From positions 1 through 23,890 of the forward strand of contig CAVOMX010000004.1 in assembly GCA_963697165.1 (NCBI GenBank): a stretch of 23,890 nucleotides of DNA. The letters are read 5' to 3'. The stretch is from Candidatus Bathyarchaeota archaeon. Lineage in GTDB: Archaea > Thermoproteota > Bathyarchaeia > Bathyarchaeales > Bathyarchaeaceae. The translations under genes were made by a program, and so were the position numbers. Under the pieces are notes generated by a model, which saw only the letters and a list, made by a program, of their open reading frames with translations, did not search any database and was not told the origin of the DNA. Within the stretch, counting starts at the first letter, position 1. Every line of letters begins with the position of its first letter. Below are positions 18,823 to 23,890 of this stretch, one piece after another.

Positions 18823-18966
18823 ATGGGTAGAATAAGCGTAGCGATCTCTGATGAACTGGAAAAGTCGCTCAGGTTCAAGACAATCGAGATATTTGGCGGA
18901 AAAAAGGGGGACCTATCAAAAGCTGTCGAAGAAGCCATAAAAACATGGGTAGACAAAGAAAAATAG
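18823..18966 (+). CDS. Ribbon-helix-helix (CopG-like) protein, 47 aa
   Basis: MGRISVAISDELEKSLRFKTIEIFGGKKGDLSKAVEEAIKTWVDKEK: alternating beta strand, helix, G-turn, LSxAVEEAI helix. Below the ORF-track cutoff. Confidence 0.85.
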   Translation: MGRISVAISDELEKSLRFKTIEIFGGKKGDLSKAVEEAIKTWVDKEK

Positions 18967-19076
18967 ATGCTTACTCAAAAGAGGCACAAATAACATATTC
19001 CCCCTTTCTCAACGAGATGCGCGCGCACCACACTACAACTTAGCGTTAGGTTTAGTTTATTCGGGGGTTATATTCC

Positions 19077-19214
19077 TTGTATGTCAGAAACAAGTATAGA
19101 ATGAGTATGTCAAATCAATTTAGCGGGGTTGAATGCGGATGCTGTATTTACAAGTCTACCAATTACTGTTGGCGGCAATGTTCACTTAATCGATGGAAAA
19201 CAAATGTTTACTAA
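19077..19214 (+). CDS. Cys-rich microprotein, 45 aa
   Basis: MYVRNKYRMSMSNQFSGVECGCCIYKSTNYCWRQCSLNRWKTNVY; GGGGGT SD before TTG; alternative ATG at 19101. Confidence 0.55.
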   Translation: MYVRNKYRMSMSNQFSGVECGCCIYKSTNYCWRQCSLNRWKTNVY

Positions 19215-19302
19215 AAGCAGACAGCAAATTATATTGCAGTGTTTAAATGCTCTTTCGGTAAACCGAAAATGTAGATGCACTGAAGATTAGGGAGGTGAGA
19301 AG

Positions 19303-19485
19303 TTGCCTTTGAAACATAACAATTTACAAATAGAGAAATTACCAGAAACTAGTGACGCAGAAACATGGGCAAAGTTCAATGAAAGATTAAACGATTTAGC
19401 AGATCAAGGATACCGAGTATCATTTACAACAGACACCTACATTATAATGAGCAGAAAGACCGACGCAATTAGACGTGAAGAGTAA
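19303..19485 (+). CDS. Small hypothetical protein (LNxLxxxGY motif, DUF4177-like)
   Basis: Strong GGAGGTGA SD before TTG; ERLNDLADQGYRV. Confidence 0.75.
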   Translation: MPLKHNNLQIEKLPETSDAETWAKFNERLNDLADQGYRVSFTTDTYIIMSRKTDAIRREE

Positions 19486-19533
19486 TCTCAAAGATTGATA
19501 TTGAAAGCGTAATGCATGCGCGTTTTTTGTTGT

Positions 19534-19644
19534 TTGCAGCCTCGAAGCTAGCTCAGGATGATGTTCTGCGGAGACCGCTCCGCCTACTGAACCTGACCAC
19601 ACGTGAAGGGTTGGGTACGCTCTTTTTCGCTTGCTCGAGTGCAA
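19534..19644 (+). ncRNA. Candidate structured RNA element with a C/D-type K-turn
   Basis: Long closing stem, ATGATG/CTGA pair around a perfect GCGGAG/CTCCGC hairpin, downstream T7 run. Confidence 0.45.
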
Positions 19645-19801
19645 GTTTTTTTGGTTTATATAATGGAGTCTGTATGTCTCCGTCTCTCAGTCAGTAGTAA
19701 GACAGACAATGAATTGCGAGCTAGGAAGAATAGTGAGGAAGAAGAAGAGAGAAGATTATTTTATTATCTTAAACTCAACTTTGAAAATCTATGAGTTGAA
19801 G

Positions 19802-20044
19802 CTACTGCACTTTTTTTATTAAAAAGTGGAACTGATTATCTTTTTTCCATGTTTGAACCAGTTCATAAGATTTTAGGCGAGTAAAAATTTGGATATCCTC
19901 TTCAGTGGATGGACATGTTGATATAACCTCTAAGGTTTGCCCAACTTCCATATTGTCTAGTTTCACCCTTGCTTCAACAAGAGGCATTGAACAGCAAAGT
20001 CTGGAGCAATCCAAAATTTTCTCAGGTTTATTATTATCTGCCAT
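19802..20044 (-). CDS. TusA/SirA-family sulfur carrier protein
   Basis: LDCSRLCCSMPLV, MEVGQTLEVIST, FHFLIKK. Confidence 0.88.
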   Translation of the reverse strand: MADNNKPEKILDCSRLCCSMPLVEARVKLDNMEVGQTLEVISTCPSTEEDIQIFTRLKSYELVQTWKKDNQFHFLIKKVQ

Positions 20045-20194
20045 CTTTGAATCTCAACAAACTTGATGCATTTACATCTTTTAATAATTTTGATGTTGTT
20101 GCATTAATCAGACAAAAAAGGAAATTTGTGGGGGGGAATGTCACCATTTTTTGGTATTAGACTTTAGATCATGAATTCCCAGGTTATTTTAAAC

Positions 20195-20404
20195 TTATAA
20201 ACTAATTTTTTTAGCTAATCCAGAAACTATCCATAGAATGATCAAAATTCCACCTATAGCAAAAAGAAGTATTGCATTATTTTTCAGGTCACCAAACAAA
20301 AAGAAATTTGGTGCTTCAGTAGATACGAACAATAAATATCCACCATAGGCAAGAGCCACAAAGGCTGAAAACAAAATTATTTTTCTGATAAATCCCATGC
20401 GCAC
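20195..20404 (-). CDS. Small two-TM membrane protein
   Basis: 69 aa with two hydrophobic helices. Confidence 0.65.
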   Translation of the reverse strand: MRMGFIRKIILFSAFVALAYGGYLLFVSTEAPNFFLFGDLKNNAILLFAIGGILIILWIVSGLAKKISL

Positions 20405-20796
20405 AAATCAACTCAATATATGTATGATTTTTTACTCTTAAATAATAAAATTATGAATTTCAACTAAAAATTAATGTTCAAAAATGGGATTTATGGATAG
20501 TCATCATATGAAAAAATAAATTAGTCTTCAGGTAAACCATCATGCGTTTAGTTGATATTTCATATTATACATTGATTATTACAATGTTGAAATATTCAAT
20601 TCTAGACTAGTTATTTAAAAAGATAGTTAAGGGATAAAAACGACATTTTTACCTTAATCATTAATCATTTTCTTAGAATCATGATTACTTTTAAATGCAT
20701 TATTACTGATATTTTTAGGTTAGTTCTAATACGTATCTTACTTTCATATATTTTATATGACAACTTAACCATTTAGGTCTCAAGGATTGTGGTATA

Positions 20797-21006
20797 ATGA
20801 CCACTGATGTTTCTGTAGAAAGCTTACTTGAGAAATTTAATGATTCAATTTCTAATCAATCATCAATAGAATCAGAGAATGAAGAAGACAGTCACAAAAA
20901 ATGTCCTCACCATTTTGGGTATTTGGCTAACTTGACCAAGAATGCTTCAATTCCGGAAGAATGTCTTCTTTGCTCAAGAGTGGTGGAATGTGTCGTGGGT
21001 TCCTAA
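20797..21006 (+). CDS. Small Cys/His-rich hypothetical protein
   Basis: CPHHFGYL-x8-IPEECLLCxxxxxC motif after an acidic low-complexity N-terminus. Confidence 0.75.
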   Translation: MTTDVSVESLLEKFNDSISNQSSIESENEEDSHKKCPHHFGYLANLTKNASIPEECLLCSRVVECVVGS

Positions 21007-21095
21007 GTCGCCTTTTTATATCTAAAGTATTGATCATGGATTCTGAAATATTTTATTAAACCTGTTATTAGACCTAATACACAGAGGGAAATTAA

Positions 21096-21287
21096 TTGTC
21101 ATCTGATACTCCTAATAGAACTTTCACTAGTTTGAATCATTCCATTAAAGAAAGAGAAGGAAAATTACTCAAGTTTGCTAAATGCACAAATTGTGGACGT
21201 GTGACGCCATATAGACTTCAGTCCTTGAAAGGAAAGAGGCTGGAATGTAAAGTTTGTAAAAAACCCATTTCATTAACCCTCATGTAA
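21096..21287 (+). CDS. Small zinc-ribbon protein
   Basis: CTNC...CKVC pair; GAGGG SD before TTG. Confidence 0.7.
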   Translation: MSSDTPNRTFTSLNHSIKEREGKLLKFAKCTNCGRVTPYRLQSLKGKRLECKVCKKPISLTLM

Positions 21288-21528
21288 AATTGTTTGAGCA
21301 TTTGTTTAGACCTTGGTATTCTCATAAATAGCAAAACAACTAATACACGGAATCCATCAATTCTATATTTTGCAATAATAATTGCAAACTAATGATGATT
21401 TATTGCTTTTAAGAGATTTTCTTTTTTTTGAGCTATGAATTCAAAATGCAACTATTAGTAGCGCGGACAATCTAGAAAAATACTCTAAACCAAATCAACA
21501 TGATTTTTAAATCTAAACGCGTATATAT

Positions 21529-22527
21529 TTGGAATGCCCAAATCGCAATGTGAGTGTTATTCAAGTGTCGGATGAAAGTCGGTGCGTTAGGTCCAATGGT
21601 TCTTTGGAAAATAAAACTGTCAAAGCAAGGTGTTCTGCTAAAATTGTAATTGTTATTCCTACCTTAAACGAGTGTAAAGCTGTTGGAAAAGTGTTGAGCG
21701 GCATAAAAGATGTCATGGTTAGCTATGATTATCGAATGTTGGTTGTGGATGGTCATTCCATCGATGGCACAGATAAGATTGCTAAGGATATGGGCGCCGA
21801 AGTAATTTATCAGAGGGGCAGAGGTTATGGGGATGCTTTGAAAACTGGTTTTTTTAATGCCAGAACAAAGCTAGATGCTGAAGTGATTGTAATGATGGAT
21901 GCCGATCTAACTTATGACCCTAAGTATATACCAAAATTGGTAGCGCCTATTTTGGAGGATAAGGCTGACATGGTTGTGGGTAATAGGTTTGCGGGAATGC
22001 AGAAGGGAGCAATGCCTTTAGTTAACAGGATTGGAAATAGTATACTTTCTCTAGTAGCAAAGTTAGCTATTGGACTAAAGGTATATGACACTCAAAGCGG
22101 CATGAGAGCCTTCAAATCTGAACTCCTAGACAATATGCATTTAATGGCTGTGGGTATGCCCCTTGCTATGGAAATGCTGGCAGAAGCTCATTCCAATGAT
22201 GCTAGAATACTTGAAGTACCCATAAGTTATAGGTCAAGGGTGGGGAAGACTAAACTTAATCCCATAAAAGACGGTGGTAAAATCCTTGGTGTCTCCCTGA
22301 GGTTAATGTTTGATATTCGACCTCTACTTTTTTTCGGGAGCATCGGAACAGTTTTGGGGATAGTGGGTTTAATTCTTCATTACCTAATGCTTCCCATCGA
22401 ACTAGGGCATATTGTATTTCCGTTTATTTTCATAATTGGCGGCATTTTGTTGTTTTGGTTTGGTTTTGTGGTAGTCTTAATCAGAAAGCTTAGAAAACGA
22501 AATGAAAAAGTGCGATATAGTCATTAG
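21529..22527 (+). CDS. Glycosyltransferase family 2 (Dol-P-Man synthase-like)
   Basis: VIPTLNE, VVDGHSIDGT, GYGDAL, MDADLTY, DTQSGMRA, two C-terminal TM helices. The true start is probably further downstream. Confidence 0.92.
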   Translation: MECPNRNVSVIQVSDESRCVRSNGSLENKTVKARCSAKIVIVIPTLNECKAVGKVLSGIKDVMVSYDYRMLVVDGHSIDGTDKIAKDMGAEVIYQRGRGYGDALKTGFFNARTKLDAEVIVMMDADLTYDPKYIPKLVAPILEDKADMVVGNRFAGMQKGAMPLVNRIGNSILSLVAKLAIGLKVYDTQSGMRAFKSELLDNMHLMAVGMPLAMEMLAEAHSNDARILEVPISYRSRVGKTKLNPIKDGGKILGVSLRLMFDIRPLLFFGSIGTVLGIVGLILHYLMLPIELGHIVFPFIFIIGGILLFWFGFVVVLIRKLRKRNEKVRYSH

Positions 22528-22590
22528 TAATTATTACTCGAATCAATTCACCTCATTTCTCCAAAAATTTCATTTATGGGAGAAGCTTTT

Positions 22591-22607
22591 TTTGGGTTTG
22601 GGGTTAA
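22591..22607. repeat. 17-bp direct repeat, copy 2
   Basis: Exact TTTGGGTTTGGGGTTAA, matching 16497-16513. Confidence 0.7.
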
Positions 22608-22632
22608 AATTTTTACCTCATAGAAAAATTTC

Positions 22633-23812
22633 TTAATTCTCGTCTATGGTTGCATTCCAAAGATAAATTTCGTTATAATTTTCATAGTTGAATCTTTGAT
22701 CATCATAAACGATATCCAATTCTAAATCGTATTTTTCTATTAACTTGTTCATGTTACTCCATATCAACGGAGAACGCTCATCTGGACCCCAGTCAGGAAG
22801 CCATATATTATCATCGGGTCGTCGCATGCCCCAACCATAATCTTTAGGAAGAACGAAAGCTACGTTTCCATTTGTTTTTCCGTAATCTTCTGGATGTTTG
22901 GAGGTGTATTCCCAGAATTGTTCCATTGCCGAAAAATGTTCTTCAGTTAAAATACCAAATGGGTTATCTTCTGGAAATCGGGGGAAATTAAAGACAACAA
23001 CATATTTTGCACCTGCCTCAAAAGATATGAACATATCTTCTAGCATCTCGGGGCCAGTCTTAATTGAGGTGGGATCTTCCCTTTGACTTTTCCATGTTAT
23101 TATTGTGCCCCAGTCTTTGTTTTGTGCTTTGGCAGCTCCTCTGCATAGACCAATTTGTTGGGTTGTGCTGTGGTTCCATCCAAGTTCCGCAAAAACTGTG
23201 TCGTATCCCGCTAGGTAGTCAAACCAGTAAAGGGCATAGTCGGAAACAAACTTTGTAGAATTGATGCTTTGAAGAAAGCTGAAACTAAGACCCATTGGCA
23301 GTTGGTTCACATATATTTGTGCTGCCTCTGTGTATGTTGTAACGTTTTCGTACATCTTTGCTCGTTCATCATGAAATTCATCAAATAGACCTGTGTCGAT
23401 TTGTTTTCCTCCGGGTTCCTCGTAGATGTATATTCCTGCAAATTTGTCTCTCCACCAGTCTTTGCCTGAAAATACCCATTGGTGATGCCAGGGATATCCA
23501 TGTGAAGATACGTCGATATAATCGAAGAATATTATGAAAGTTAAGCCAGCTTGTACCTGCGTAATCACAAATTTCAGTTAGTGCAGTTTCATTGGTGCTT
23601 ATGTCCCAGTTGTTTACAATGAAAAAGTTTGTGTAATCTTTTACTTTGTCTATCAAAAGTTTTGCTTCGTCAACTGTGCTTAAACCGTAGGAAACTCCGA
23701 AAAAGAATCCTTCGGGGGGTTTTTCTTCAATGTTAAGAACATAAAGTATTGGAATGGAAATGAGTGAAAGTAGTAGTATTGTTACTAATATGATCCAAAT
23801 TCTATTTGGCAT
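22633..23812 (-). pseudogene. Membrane-anchored exported hypothetical protein split by a +1 frameshift
   Basis: N-terminal TM anchor through ...EICDYA in one frame continues as VQAGLTFIIFF... in another; extra base at 23556-23557. Removing one base gives 392 aa. Confidence 0.8.
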
Positions 23813-23890
23813 TTATACTATTTAGCTCCTCGTTATGTTTAAATACTTTTTTTATAATTGTAAAATTATCCACTTTTTATCTAGATTCGC

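Noticed and set aside
19555..19612. TPP riboswitch-like strings (GGAGA, TGAACCTGA, GAAGGG)
   Set aside because: The essential UGAGA and the P5 loop are missing, and there is no thiamine gene downstream.
19420..19794. Overlapping 61-74 aa ORFs
   Set aside because: No convincing SD or motif; they overlap one another and the structured element.

Overview
Archaeal genomic window, most likely Bathyarchaeia/TACK (inferred from gene order, GGAGG/AGGTGA ribosome-binding sites, frequent TTG starts and lineage-typical hypothetical proteins). The left part holds the conserved information-processing cluster (rps6e, eIF2-gamma, Fcf1-like PIN, rpoE', Spt4), a ferredoxin plus 2-oxoacid:ferredoxin oxidoreductase alpha/beta operon, an AmmeMemoRadiSam radical SAM enzyme, LysE, YkgJ, a DEAD-box helicase and MarC. 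The right part (about 15.4-23.9 kb) is AT-rich and accessory-like, with many microproteins, a Ca/Na antiporter, TusA, a GT2 and a frameshifted exported protein. The most interesting signals are non-coding: (1) a ~205-nt structured RNA at 15155-15360 (-) with its own TATA box and two tandem modules resembling the RNase P specificity-domain double T-loop; (2) a clear box C/D sRNA at 10671-10737 (-) whose two guides match adjacent segments of a tRNA-like 5' end; (3) a 179-bp tandem duplication of promoter + stem + mini-ORF upstream of an unannotated ribbon-helix-helix gene; (4) a K-turn-containing element at 19534-19644. Two disrupted genes are also present. All RNA folds were derived by hand and no database searches were run.
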